Source: a virus. From it: a DNA stretch of 64,000 bases. The position numbers were made by a program, and so were the translations under genes. The stretch is from IMG/VR virus record IMGVR_UViG_3300009716_000001. One strand, given 5' to 3'. Below, piece after piece: positions 46,964 through 57,200 of this stretch. How positions within the stretch are numbered: position 1 is the stretch's first letter; each line of letters begins with the position of its first letter. The notes below the pieces were generated by a model. That model worked only from the letters and a program-made list of their open reading frames with translations, made no database searches and was not told the DNA's origin.

Positions 46964-48039
46964 TATCTGATTATTTGGTCTCCCATAACACCGTTAGGGT
47001 TTCTGTCCCATTGGTACCAAGGATATGATTTAAACATGTCATAGTACTTTGCGTACATTGCTCTACGGTTGGCTACCCAAACACGTTTAAGCTCAGCAAA
47101 GTTTGGTGTATTTACAATTGAAAGAGCGTAGTTTCTTGAAGTTCTGTAACCGGTCTCGATTAACTGAATTTTAGCCTGGTTAACATTCTCATCATTCATG
47201 ATAAGGTTTTCAAGGATACGCTTCTTAACAGCATACTCATAATACTCATTAAGCATATCATGGTCAGGTACTAACAAGTTTCCTTGCTCGTCTTCCATTT
47301 GACCTTGGTAGTTAATGTAAACTTTCCCAGTCGTAAAGTTTGTGAAAAGAAAGCCGTTTTGAATCCAAGCCTTGTTACCAGTCTGTAAATACAAATTCGG
47401 GCAATCACACTCTACAGATTCTGGATTCTCCACAATACGTAAAGGAAGAAGGTTTCTGTATGTAAATGTAGAGTTGTTCACTTTCTGAACTAACTCGTAA
47501 CACTCATTCTTACAGTTCATGAACACTCTTGGTTTTACACAGTAGTCTCCATAAGGAACTAGTGGATTGTATTCCGGTGTAATGCAAGATTCACAACTGC
47601 AATTTGAACCACATTCAGATCCTGGGCATGATGCCGAAGCACAACCACAAGGTAGCTGATTACATTTTGTACAGTTTACTGTCTCAGGAGAACAAGTATT
47701 GATTACCGACGAAGTCTCCTTGTAAGGAGCTACCAACGGAATTTCTTCAATATGCGTTCCTTGAGGGAATGTTTGTTGAACAACAACGTCAGCACATATC
47801 AATCCAAAGTTCAATGTGTAAAAATCATCAGGTAATTTAACACGTCCTTTCTCTACCTCAAGGATAGTTTCCTTGGTCATGTTTATCCTTAAACCCAAGT
47901 CATAGTTAACACGCTTAGCAACCTTAATTAGTTGCTGAGGTTCAATCATGTTCTGCAGATTGTAGTTCTGAAAATCCACTTGACAGTCAGCCAATAGCTG
48001 CTCAAATGTTCTGTATTTTAGGGTATAATTGTAGCTCAT
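46963..48039 (-). CDS. structural protein with central Cys cluster (358 aa)
   Basis: CSPETVNCTKCNQLPCGCASASCPGSECGSNCSCESC. Coupled to the downstream gene. Confidence 0.45.
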   Translation of the reverse strand: MSYNYTLKYRTFEQLLADCQVDFQNYNLQNMIEPQQLIKVAKRVNYDLGLRINMTKETILEVEKGRVKLPDDFYTLNFGLICADVVVQQTFPQGTHIEEIPLVAPYKETSSVINTCSPETVNCTKCNQLPCGCASASCPGSECGSNCSCESCITPEYNPLVPYGDYCVKPRVFMNCKNECYELVQKVNNSTFTYRNLLPLRIVENPESVECDCPNLYLQTGNKAWIQNGFLFTNFTTGKVYINYQGQMEDEQGNLLVPDHDMLNEYYEYAVKKRILENLIMNDENVNQAKIQLIETGYRTSRNYALSIVNTPNFAELKRVWVANRRAMYAKYYDMFKSYPWYQWDRNPNGVMGDQIIR

Positions 48040-48044
48040 GATTA

Positions 48045-48719
48045 TTAACTTCTAAGTGGTGATTGCTTATCATCATTGCCCTCTGCTGGCGCTTGAATCA
48101 TAAAGGTTAAATCTTTGACAACCATTTGTTCAATTTCAGCAAACAAGTATTCAGGGAAATGTGTAAGTTCATCTTGACGAGAAATACACACATCACTATC
48201 ACATGTGTACATAGCAACGCTATCTTCCCACAATCCTTCAATACGTACAGCTTCCCAACTAATATTCGGGAAATACAGATACCCGTTCAGATACCAGTAA
48301 TACTTGTTTTTGTTGTACTTGAAATTTGACGACTTGGTCATATTTGCATAAGTACCTGGATAAGTTTTGTAACATTCCTGAGAACCATCCATTGAAGTCA
48401 CACTTCTAAATAACGGTCCATACGCCCCTTCTAGTACAGTAGGTAACTTATCCTTGGTACGCATAATTGTGCAATTAGTTTTGATATCGTTACAACATGC
48501 TTCTACCTTGTCAACTTCAATAAGTTCTACACAAGGTAATGGCTCAAATAAGCTTTGAAAACGCATAATTTTGTTTTCATTATCTTGACGTCTAATCAAG
48601 AGCTTTGCATACTTTAGAGTCAAGCTATATAAAAAACGGTCAGTTAAGAAGGCATCTTCCTTAACAGCTTTTACTACGTTGCGTATCCTAGATACTGTTT
48701 CTCCAATTGTTGTTGCCAT
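48045..48719 (-). CDS. structural protein, function unknown (224 aa from the ATG at 48719)
   Basis: The ORF-track start at 48749 is a TTG that overlaps the upstream gene by 29 nt. The ATG at 48717-48719 lies 1 nt after the upstream stop, in an aacATGG context. Confidence 0.45.
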   Translation of the reverse strand: MATTIGETVSRIRNVVKAVKEDAFLTDRFLYSLTLKYAKLLIRRQDNENKIMRFQSLFEPLPCVELIEVDKVEACCNDIKTNCTIMRTKDKLPTVLEGAYGPLFRSVTSMDGSQECYKTYPGTYANMTKSSNFKYNKNKYYWYLNGYLYFPNISWEAVRIEGLWEDSVAMYTCDSDVCISRQDELTHFPEYLFAEIEQMVVKDLTFMIQAPAEGNDDKQSPLRS

Positions 48720-48720
48720 G

Positions 48721-49305
48721 TTAGTCCATATCAAATTCGTTATAATCAATCAAGTCTGTCTCAAGCTTTTTAGCATAGTACTCTCTACCTTTGCTATTTT
48801 GGTACAGTTTGTTGATCAGTTGAAAATTTTCAACTTGTATGTAACGCTTCCAGTTAACCGGATAAGTTTCGGCAACGGTACGCGTAAAATCTCTTTCTCC
48901 TTTGAATTGCCATAACTCACGGTTACGGAACTGATACTTAGATGCATAATTAGTGTAGAACACTTTAGCAATGTAATTATCAGACTCAAAGTTTCTATGC
49001 TTCAAACGCTTATTATACTTTAGGGAAGTAGCATAATCAGTGTTGTGTTTTTTGGGAGGACGACATGTACCAATGAATAAGAAGCCAATACCCTCTGGTA
49101 GTTCCACGCCATCACGGTTTTCAATTACCTCACTCCAAGTAGTAGAGCAGAAGTCGTTGATAATAGCTCTAAGACTACTATCACTATATGAAGCATATTG
49201 GGGATGCTTTTTCCGAAACCTTCTAAAGAAGGCTGGACCAAGTAGACTCGTACGATTCGGTCTGAATCTTGGTGCTTGTAAATCTGGTTGTGTGATATGC
49301 TCCAT
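48721..49305 (-). CDS. first gene of the long operon; weak HU/IHF-like resemblance (194 aa)
   Basis: SSLRAIINDFCSTTWSEVIENRDGVELPEGIGFLFIG...KK resembles the HU helix-helix-strand pattern (..i..v...l..g..V.L.GfG.F). The gene follows the terminator plus AT-rich palindrome. Confidence 0.3.
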   Translation of the reverse strand: MEHITQPDLQAPRFRPNRTSLLGPAFFRRFRKKHPQYASYSDSSLRAIINDFCSTTWSEVIENRDGVELPEGIGFLFIGTCRPPKKHNTDYATSLKYNKRLKHRNFESDNYIAKVFYTNYASKYQFRNRELWQFKGERDFTRTVAETYPVNWKRYIQVENFQLINKLYQNSKGREYYAKKLETDLIDYNEFDMD

Positions 49306-49343
49306 GATAATTGTTTCCCTACTTTAATATACGGATTTTTTTT

Positions 49344-49363
49344 AAAGTTTAAAAATAAACTTT
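49344..49363 (-). promoter_or_regulatory. AAAGTTT-N6-AAACTTT inverted repeat between terminator and operon start (candidate promoter/operator)
   Basis: AAAGTTT (49344-49350), AAAAAT, AAACTTT (49357-49363). Same half-sites as at 35899-35929. Confidence 0.3.
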
Positions 49364-49372
49364 TAAAATGTA

Positions 49373-49442
49373 AAAAGCAAAAGGCCCCAGATTTCTCTGA
49401 GGCCGATTACCTGTCAGTCACGTTATACCAACAAACCGTGAC
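49373..49442 (-). terminator. tandem hairpins ending in a rho-independent terminator after the fibre-gene cluster
   Basis: First hairpin: GTCACG (49417-49422) pairs with CGTGAC (49437-49442). Second hairpin: GGCCCCAGA (49383-49391), loop TTTC, TCTGAGGCC (49396-49404), 8 of 9 bp. On the - strand TTTTGCTTTTT follows. Confidence 0.65.
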
Positions 49443-49449
49443 ATTATTT

Positions 49450-50634
49450 TTAGCAAGGTGTTCCTGTTAACGGTGAGCCAGATGGTGTACCATCTTCTAA
49501 CCAAGCAGAACCTTGTACAATTTGAACAGTTAATGTATCTCCATCAGGTACGTTTACCAACGTCCATGCTCTTGTTGCATAGTCGATATAGAATACATTA
49601 AGCGCGCCTCCTGAAGAGTTTGTATATGCAAGTTGTTCACAAGCATAACAACAGTTAGCAGGTAAGGTACCTAAAGTTGCTGTCCATCCATCGATAGTTG
49701 AAGGGTTACCCGGACCAATGGCTTGACAGATGAAATATTTCCATCCAATAGATCTTTGAAGCTGTAAGCCTACATTAAAACCTGAACAGTCTGTTCCAAG
49801 GTCATATGCTGGACATTGCATTAAAGTTGCTACTAAAACAGCTGTACCACCTATTGAAACTCCTGGTGCTACAGTATAACCTGAACCTGGATTTGTCAGG
49901 TCAATCCATAATACATCTCCTGAGTGTACGCCACCAGCAACTAACTCAATATCACCATTACCAGGGTTACCTGGGATGTTTAAAGTGAACGTATCACCAT
50001 TTACATAACCTGCTCCTGCATCTGCAGAATTTTGTGCAAAGGAGAATGAGTTAACAGTTCCTCCTAATATTTCAACTTGAGCAAGCACTAATCCGGTACC
50101 AACAGCTGGTTGAGGACCCGCTGGTACAGTAGGTACATTGTAGAATGTTCCATCTGTATAACCTGTTCCTGGATTATTGATTCCGATTGAACCAACGGCA
50201 GCATCAGCAATGTACGCATCTGCTGTAGCACCAAAACCGCCACCACCTCCTGTAAAGATTACAGGGATAATTGCTCCAGGTGTATAACCGCTTCCTACGG
50301 AAGTTGCACCAACAGTCTCAACAGGAGCGTCTGTACACTCAACTGTCCATAAACGACAGTATGGTGTATAACTAACGAGAAAGTCTGTTCTCAAGTAAGG
50401 ACAGCTTTCTGGAACACATACCGGTTGCACATAACCTGTGATAACATCACTGTTACAAGTTAAATCAATTACGGTATAGTCAAAAGGAATATCCACTGTT
50501 TGTGGAACGCCTACTACGCCTGCTACAATTGTTGAGCAGTCGAACGGACCTGCAATACCCAAACGGTAACACACACGGTGGTTACCTGTATAGTTTGGAG
50601 TAAACTGCAATCTTAATGTATTTGGATGTGCCAT
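49450..50634 (-). CDS. fibre/adhesin-like protein with G-x-G-Y-[TV] repeats (394 aa)
   Basis: GSGYT (aa 114), GTGYT (156), GAGYV (207) and GSGYT (250) are each embedded in Gly-rich beta-type segments (49825-50322). Both termini are Cys-rich. Confidence 0.45.
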   Translation of the reverse strand: MAHPNTLRLQFTPNYTGNHRVCYRLGIAGPFDCSTIVAGVVGVPQTVDIPFDYTVIDLTCNSDVITGYVQPVCVPESCPYLRTDFLVSYTPYCRLWTVECTDAPVETVGATSVGSGYTPGAIIPVIFTGGGGGFGATADAYIADAAVGSIGINNPGTGYTDGTFYNVPTVPAGPQPAVGTGLVLAQVEILGGTVNSFSFAQNSADAGAGYVNGDTFTLNIPGNPGNGDIELVAGGVHSGDVLWIDLTNPGSGYTVAPGVSIGGTAVLVATLMQCPAYDLGTDCSGFNVGLQLQRSIGWKYFICQAIGPGNPSTIDGWTATLGTLPANCCYACEQLAYTNSSGGALNVFYIDYATRAWTLVNVPDGDTLTVQIVQGSAWLEDGTPSGSPLTGTPC

Positions 50635-50637
50635 TTA

Positions 50638-51159
50638 TTATGCTTTTGTCGTTATTAATAATGTTACTGAGTAGCATGTTGAAATACCACCACACTTAGT
50701 GTTTACACGTACATAGTACTGTGTATTTGGCTCTAAGCCAGATAATGTATCTTTTGCATCAGATACAATTGGATTACTTGTCCATACACCTGCAGAAGGT
50801 TTTCTGTACTGAAGTATGTATTGAGTTGTACCTGTTGATGAAACAGGGTCCCAAACAAACTTAGCAGACGTGCTACCGATTGAAGTGGACTTGAAGTTTA
50901 TTGCAGAAGCACAAGCAGTACCCGGTACGCAAAGTGGCTGAGTCATCTTAATTACCATCTTTTGTAAGATAGAAGTAAGAGCATCTCCTTGCAAGATGTT
51001 CATGTCCACAATAGTGTCTCCTGTATGAATCACACAGTTATCACTGAATGTTTCTGGACATACGTCAGGGTTTTGGCATTCTACTGTTTCGCATGGGCAC
51101 GGAGCTGGGGTTGTTAACCCAGCATCCGTACATCCACATTTTTTAGTTTTACAACTCAT
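50638..51159 (-). CDS. Cys-rich protein with C-terminal fibronectin type III domain (173 aa)
   Basis: FKSTSIGSTSAKFVWDPV...YILQYRK...WTS...LSGLEPNTQYYVRVNT shows the classic FN3 W...Y...L-x-P-x-T-x-Y-x-V-R-V pattern (50641-50907). Confidence 0.6.
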   Translation of the reverse strand: MSCKTKKCGCTDAGLTTPAPCPCETVECQNPDVCPETFSDNCVIHTGDTIVDMNILQGDALTSILQKMVIKMTQPLCVPGTACASAINFKSTSIGSTSAKFVWDPVSSTGTTQYILQYRKPSAGVWTSNPIVSDAKDTLSGLEPNTQYYVRVNTKCGGISTCYSVTLLITTKA

Positions 51160-51175
51160 CTCTTTAATGTTTTAA

Positions 51176-52729
51176 TTATGGCACAAAAACGTTACTTGCA
51201 GTTACGCTATCAGGTGGTGTACACGTTGTAGGTAAACCTGTTGAACCATCCACAAATGTACAAATAGTTGGAGTACAAGTACCACATCCAGTTGGAATAA
51301 TTGATATTCTCACTTTGTAATTTGTACATGCTGTCAATCCTGTAAAGGTTCCCGCAATTGGAGAAATTACAGCAGTTGATTGAGTTTGGCTAGCAATCAT
51401 TGTTAATCCAGCCTCGTCATACAATTGTATTGTGTATGTGTAGCTACCGTTCAGAGAAATAAATGAGTAATCTAATTTAGTCTCATCTGCATTTGCATCA
51501 ACTGATAACGGTGGACAAGTGATTGTGTTATTGATTACAGTACTTAAATATCCTGAACAGCTTGTGCTGTTTAAAGCATCATTTAAGCAGTATGGGATAG
51601 CCACTGTAATATTTGCAGCTGGGTTAATTGTACCCGGTAAAGGCATACTGAAACCACCTGGTTGATTTAAGATTGTCAACAAGTCAATTGTTACAGTAGC
51701 TGCACCACCAAAGCTATCTGTAATAGCTAATGGAGTTGAACCAGTACATTGTGCAAAACCAGCAGGAACGGTTCCTGTTACGAACAACACTAAGTTACCT
51801 CCTGATATATTTGCTGCTAAATTCAATACAATTGAGCTACAACCGCTTGGTTGATTAGCTTGTAAATTTAAGATAGAAGCACGAATATCGCAAATAGTCA
51901 ACCACAAGTTTCCAAGTGAATCAGCCATGTTACTTACTGTAGTTGTCCAGCCTGGTATAGAACTCATAGTTCCTGAACCAGCTAAACGAGGAGCATCATT
52001 CAATCCTGCACATTGCTTAGCAATATCCGCTTGGATTGTAGATACATCTCCTGTAGCGGCTCTTAACTGGCAGAACTGACTTTCTAATTGTAACACGATT
52101 ACGTCCAAAGGATAACCATTTGGAGTAACAGGTAAAATACAAGACACGTTCATATTCTGGAATTGAACCGGAGGGTTCTCCTGAATTTGAGTTACTTGTG
52201 TTTCTACATTAGAAATTCTTGCACTTTGGTTACCAATTGCTGTAGAGTTCAGACCAGTTGCTTGGATAATTGCACAAATCTTGTTACCTAATGCGGTAAC
52301 ATAATCTTGCATTTGAAGAGAGTGAACCTCGTCTCCTAAGCCGTTTGTGAAATAGAAGCATTCTGCTATGTTCATCATACAGTCTGGGCATCCGCCAGGT
52401 GTAGGAGTAGGAGTTGGGGTTGGATTCGTTCCACATCCAGGAGCACATCCACTACATTGCTCTACGTGGCAAAGACGTTCAATGATGAACTGAAATAGTT
52501 CTTGAAAGTCTGCCGGCTTACATGACGTAAGGTTAAAGCAAGAAAGATCATATGCATCCACTTTTAGAACGTCCATAATTTTGCATAGCTCAGTAGCTAG
52601 CTTATATGTAACATCGCTGACAGTGTCTCCTTTGCACAAACTCATGCAAGGAATATCTGGACCTTGCCAGATGACACAATTTGACGAAATTGGATTACAT
52701 CCTGTTTCTTTTGCGTTGAGTGGTTTCAT
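51176..52729 (-). CDS. Cys-rich fibre-like protein (517 aa from the ATG at 52729) with TPTPTPTP linker and FN3-like C-terminus
   Basis: The ORF-track 5' extension to 52882 overlaps the upstream gene by 109 nt. The ATG at 52727-52729 (MKPLNAKETGC...) lies 44 nt after the upstream stop. The N-terminal module is shared with the 173-aa protein. Confidence 0.5.
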   Translation of the reverse strand: MKPLNAKETGCNPISSNCVIWQGPDIPCMSLCKGDTVSDVTYKLATELCKIMDVLKVDAYDLSCFNLTSCKPADFQELFQFIIERLCHVEQCSGCAPGCGTNPTPTPTPTPGGCPDCMMNIAECFYFTNGLGDEVHSLQMQDYVTALGNKICAIIQATGLNSTAIGNQSARISNVETQVTQIQENPPVQFQNMNVSCILPVTPNGYPLDVIVLQLESQFCQLRAATGDVSTIQADIAKQCAGLNDAPRLAGSGTMSSIPGWTTTVSNMADSLGNLWLTICDIRASILNLQANQPSGCSSIVLNLAANISGGNLVLFVTGTVPAGFAQCTGSTPLAITDSFGGAATVTIDLLTILNQPGGFSMPLPGTINPAANITVAIPYCLNDALNSTSCSGYLSTVINNTITCPPLSVDANADETKLDYSFISLNGSYTYTIQLYDEAGLTMIASQTQSTAVISPIAGTFTGLTACTNYKVRISIIPTGCGTCTPTICTFVDGSTGLPTTCTPPDSVTASNVFVP

Positions 52730-52773
52730 GATATAATATATTAATTTTTTTGCTGAATTCCAAACACAACAGC

Positions 52774-53403
52774 TTATTTTGTGTTTAGGTAATCTAAAAA
52801 GGCATCTACACCTCCTGTAAAAATTTGACCATTTGGTAAACATTGTACAACTATTCCGTATGTTAATATTGATGTTAAACAACTACAAATTTGGTCTGGC
52901 GTTAAAGCTGGTTGAATACTCTTCAAATAACTCAACAATGTGCATAATTGAGATTGACTAGGATCAGGATTTAGTCCTCCAATTTCCACTACACCAATAG
53001 TTTCAAGTGTATCACAACAAGCTTTACCTAGGGAACTCTTTACACCATTAACACATTCTAAAAGATTAGTGCTACAAGTAGTCATTTGAAGTACTGTAAA
53101 CAATTCTTCAGTGTCTTTTTTAAATTCTGCGTAGGCTTCTGCAGATGAGTGTATGCTGTAACAACAACCTGTTAATAACTCAGAGTCTATATTTCGTAAG
53201 AAATTAGCCATTATAGCTGCATTTGCAATTGCATAAATACCACACTCTGGACAGCATTGTGCACCATTTACATTTGTTGTAACTGTTCCTGTTGTTAACA
53301 GGTTTGTAAACTCTTGACAAAAACTGCCAGGTGTTTCATTTGAAATTGAGGGATACCAAGGTTGCTCAATTGGATATACTACTTCATTTTTTACTCGTGC
53401 CAT
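52774..53403 (-). CDS. Cys-rich protein, paralogue of the 264-aa neighbour (209 aa)
   Basis: The shared C-terminal module reads GVVEIGGL...SQLC...LTYGIVVQCLPNGQIFTGGVDAFLDYL. The neighbour reads GIFETVGGL...SEIC...LTNGLVTSCVNGQIYIGGVEGYNDFI. Confidence 0.5.
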   Translation of the reverse strand: MARVKNEVVYPIEQPWYPSISNETPGSFCQEFTNLLTTGTVTTNVNGAQCCPECGIYAIANAAIMANFLRNIDSELLTGCCYSIHSSAEAYAEFKKDTEELFTVLQMTTCSTNLLECVNGVKSSLGKACCDTLETIGVVEIGGLNPDPSQSQLCTLLSYLKSIQPALTPDQICSCLTSILTYGIVVQCLPNGQIFTGGVDAFLDYLNTK

Positions 53404-53424
53404 GTTACATTAATTAAAAGGTTA

Positions 53425-54219
53425 TTATACTTTTCCGCCTCCTTCAACAAGTCGGCCATAAATTTTTATGAAATCATTATAGCCTTCAACACCACCTATG
53501 TAGATTTGACCATTAACACATGATGTTACTAATCCGTTTGTTAGTAAACGTTCAAATGTATCATGAATCATGGTTGGTGTAAACCCAGCTGAAAGCATAA
53601 CATCTACGATATTACAGATTTCAGATTGACCTAAGCCACCTACTGTTTCAAAAATACCCATAGCTATTAAGCTATTCATGTTATCCGTATTTGCAGCCAA
53701 ATGAGCTACACATACTTCAAAGTTGTTATCACATTTGTTAGGATAAGGACGGATGTTGTAAAGGTCATAAAAGTCAATCAAATCTGATTGTATTTGCATT
53801 GGTCCAATGAAATTAGCACAACAGTTTACAGTACCACCACCATCAAAGTAGGTATCAATAGTCTTACCATCCACTCCTGCTAAAATGTAAGCTTTGTCTT
53901 CACAACATTGTGAACAACACAATCCTTGATTCGACATGACAATACCTCCTTGTAAAACACCTGCAAAATACTCTTGGAATATTTCCGGATTTTGAACAGG
54001 ATTCTGTGGAGAATTTGTTATTACAGATGTAAGCCATACTTTTACAGGACTCTCACAATTCTGATTTTGACAAGGCTGATCTTTGAAACAATCATTAGCC
54101 TCATCTAATAACACTACAATCGGATTAAGACATGTAGGTTCTGGCACCGGTACAGGTACAGGTGCGGGTTTTGGACAGCAACATACAGTTACTGGTTTAT
54201 TGCACGTATTACAGCTCAT
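53425..54219 (-). CDS. Cys-rich protein with PAPVPVPVPEP linker (264 aa), paralogue of the 209-aa neighbour
   Basis: About 19 Cys by hand count. CCSQCCEDKAY aligns with QCCPECGIYA of the neighbour. It overlaps the upstream gene by 11 nt. Confidence 0.5.
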   Translation of the reverse strand: MSCNTCNKPVTVCCCPKPAPVPVPVPEPTCLNPIVVLLDEANDCFKDQPCQNQNCESPVKVWLTSVITNSPQNPVQNPEIFQEYFAGVLQGGIVMSNQGLCCSQCCEDKAYILAGVDGKTIDTYFDGGGTVNCCANFIGPMQIQSDLIDFYDLYNIRPYPNKCDNNFEVCVAHLAANTDNMNSLIAMGIFETVGGLGQSEICNIVDVMLSAGFTPTMIHDTFERLLTNGLVTSCVNGQIYIGGVEGYNDFIKIYGRLVEGGGKV

Positions 54220-57200
54220 TATTACAAGGTGTTAAATTAGTATCTTTAATGGCTTCAAAGTCAAGAAGCTCTTTTTTAATTTCCCAATCTGTGTCAGGAT
54301 CTTCGCAACAAGTGGTTAGACCATAACGAGCAGAAAGCATTTTCTTATTCATCACATCTCCAAAAGCACAGTTTACTTTTTCTGTGTATTCAGGAGAACA
54401 ACCCGGTGTTGTATAGCCTGGGTCAACAGGTCTTGGATTCAAAAGGGGTTTTACAACTACTTCTGGTTTAGGTAAACAACATGCACAGTCTGGACCGCCT
54501 TCTACAGGTACAACAAGGCAAGTAGGCGTAATCACCTCATTTGGAGGTCTTACTTCACACATTGGTGAATCCATTCTCATGGTGATAACACTGTATTGGT
54601 AAGGACCTATAAGTGTAAGACTATTACCAGATACAGTAGCTGAACCAAAACCTAAAGCAGTTATAGCATCCGCAATTTCTTGCACAGTCGTAGGTAGTGG
54701 TGTAAGGGGAATAGTAGTCCCATCTACTATCCAAGTCATTTTCCAATAACATGGTTGATCAAAGCGAGCATCTGTAAAATCATAAGTACAGTTTGAAGCG
54801 CTTTCAACAGTGTTACAAACCGGTTCTGAACAAGTTGTGTTTAGTCCTTCTCCTGATTTAATAGTAGCACATAAACTTGTATAATTATGGTCACCAATAA
54901 CGGTTACGTAATTTGTACCAGAAATTGTAGCAGGACTCCATGTACCTAAGTTTAAAGCATTCAAGTCATTTAACACTTGCAGTAAACCGTCTATGTTTTC
55001 TATTGCATAATCAACTCCATCAATTGTAACAGTCAAAGTTATTAACTCGTTGTCTTCATTGATGATAGGAATAGTAAAAAGACACTTTTCTTGTACAGTT
55101 CCTGTTGGAGGACATGCCTTTAAAATTATTACAGGACCTGAACAATCTTCACAATTATCAGTTTCTGTAACAATCCAGCATTTGTCTTTGCAACCTTTTA
55201 TTGCAATTACATAATTAAGGTACTGAGATAAGTCAGTATCCGTAACCATAGTCTCTTCTGAGTCAAGACAGTTGGTTAGTATATAGCATTTTTTATAACA
55301 AGTTGGACAATCTGGATATTGTGTAAAGCTGATTACATTCTCATAAGGAATTGCTGTTACGCAACTGCTCTCTGTTTCCTCTACATAGAAGCAGCCTTCA
55401 ACACAACCCGTATTAAGACAAAGCTTACCAATAGTACCATTACCAACTAAAGTTTTGATATCAGGTAAACCATGAGAATTATCACCTGGCGTAACCAAGT
55501 AAACTTCTTCATTAGTAGTACAATCTTTAATCGCAACACAGCAATCAATTGCAGGTACCGTAACAATACGGCTACAAACAATACCATCACAGGTATTTAA
55601 TGAATACCCATCAGGACAAGAGTAACCTGAGTTTTCTCCAGTTTGCCAAGCCTGTCCAATGTAGTCAGCTGTACTGAATACAATGTATGGGTCAAGATCA
55701 CCTGGTGCAGCTACAGCTAATAACTGAGCAAGGGTTGCATCATAGATTTCAAAACCAAAGGTTGCAGAACTTCCTGAGTTTAGAACACGTCCATCAATGA
55801 TGTGTGTACCTGCTGTAAGAGTAACTGGAATAATCTTCCAAGTTCTGAACGACCAACCAACGGCTGAGTGGTCAATCATTAAAACACCGTCTAGGTAAAT
55901 TTTAGCAATGTCATCTACGGCAAAAGCAATAAAGTAAGTTTTGCTTTGGGTAAGAGTTACACAATATGCAAAACCAATCCATTCATTTATAGGTAACGGA
56001 GCAACCGTTGTCCATAAACCTGACACTTTTAAACGATAATTAGTGACTGCACCACCATCTCCTCCCCAAATAGGATTAGCTACTTGATTGGTTACTATTA
56101 AAGGTAAGCTTGTGTTATCTTGTAAAATACTACAAGTACCTGCAGGAAGTGTTGAACATGGTCCATTTACTGCTTTTATTGGCCATGGTTTTAATGTGAT
56201 GTCTTCATAAAATTGACCGGCATTTGAGCCATAGAAACCTTGTGCCCAAGAACCTAAACCTGCAATATACGTAGTTGGGTTTTGTGTTGCAGGTACAGAT
56301 TCTAAGCCCTCACAAGTTCCATCAGGTCTCATTGCATAACCTGGAGGACAGCTTTTACAACTATCATCACAAGGTTTACATTCTGCTAAACATTTGAAGC
56401 AATCTGCAAATGTACCTAAAACTGTGAATGAACCTGCATAGGTTACAGCTTCACAAGTTTCTTCAGTTAACCAGCACCCAATGGTTGGGTCAATGTCTTC
56501 AATACAAGCTGTCCAACCTGGAAGGATAGGACTTACCAAAAACAGATCATGAGGTACAATATGAACTTTTGAAGTATCACCACAGCACGGAGTCAATTTT
56601 ACATTGAAAGGTGCAGGGTCAGCTGTTGTAATTTTTACACAACTTGGTGTTCCGTTACATGCAGAATATACATATCCTGGAGGACATGTATAACCTTGTT
56701 CAGCATAACTACTTACATCAAACGTTCCACCTACACGGTCTTTAGCCGAGAATACAGTATAAGTTGACAACTCAGCTAAGCTACCAACTCCTTGAAGTTG
56801 TGCTAACGAGCAGTCATATATTTCGAAGCCCATACCACCATCTCCTGAGTAATTCAACATGTCCACTTGGAACACATGCGTACCCGCTGGTAAAGTGATA
56901 GGGAAAATACTAAGCGTATCTAAGGTTGGCTCCATACCGTCTGCCAGGTTAAATTCCATAACCAGAATACCGTTCATTTTAAATCTGAAGGCATTGTTTG
57001 CAGCGGCAGCCACATAATAAGTTTTAGTAGTATTGATGGTTATACAATGTGTAAAACCATACCATTTACTACATTTATAGCAGTCATCTGCTAATGAGTT
57101 TGAGCATCTATTTTCTCCTGAACAATCTTCGGGACGAATACCTCTTTGGTCTAACCAATTGGTACCACCGCCTACCCATGGAGGACTTACAATTTGTTGC

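Noticed and set aside
52730-52882. 5' extension of the 568-aa ORF (MFNININIRNSC...) overlapping the 209-aa gene by 109 nt.
   Set aside because: The extension reads like an out-of-frame shadow of the upstream gene. The internal ATG at 52729 (MKPLNAKETGC...) follows a 44-nt A/T-rich spacer after the upstream stop and begins the Cys-rich module shared with the 173-aa paralogue.
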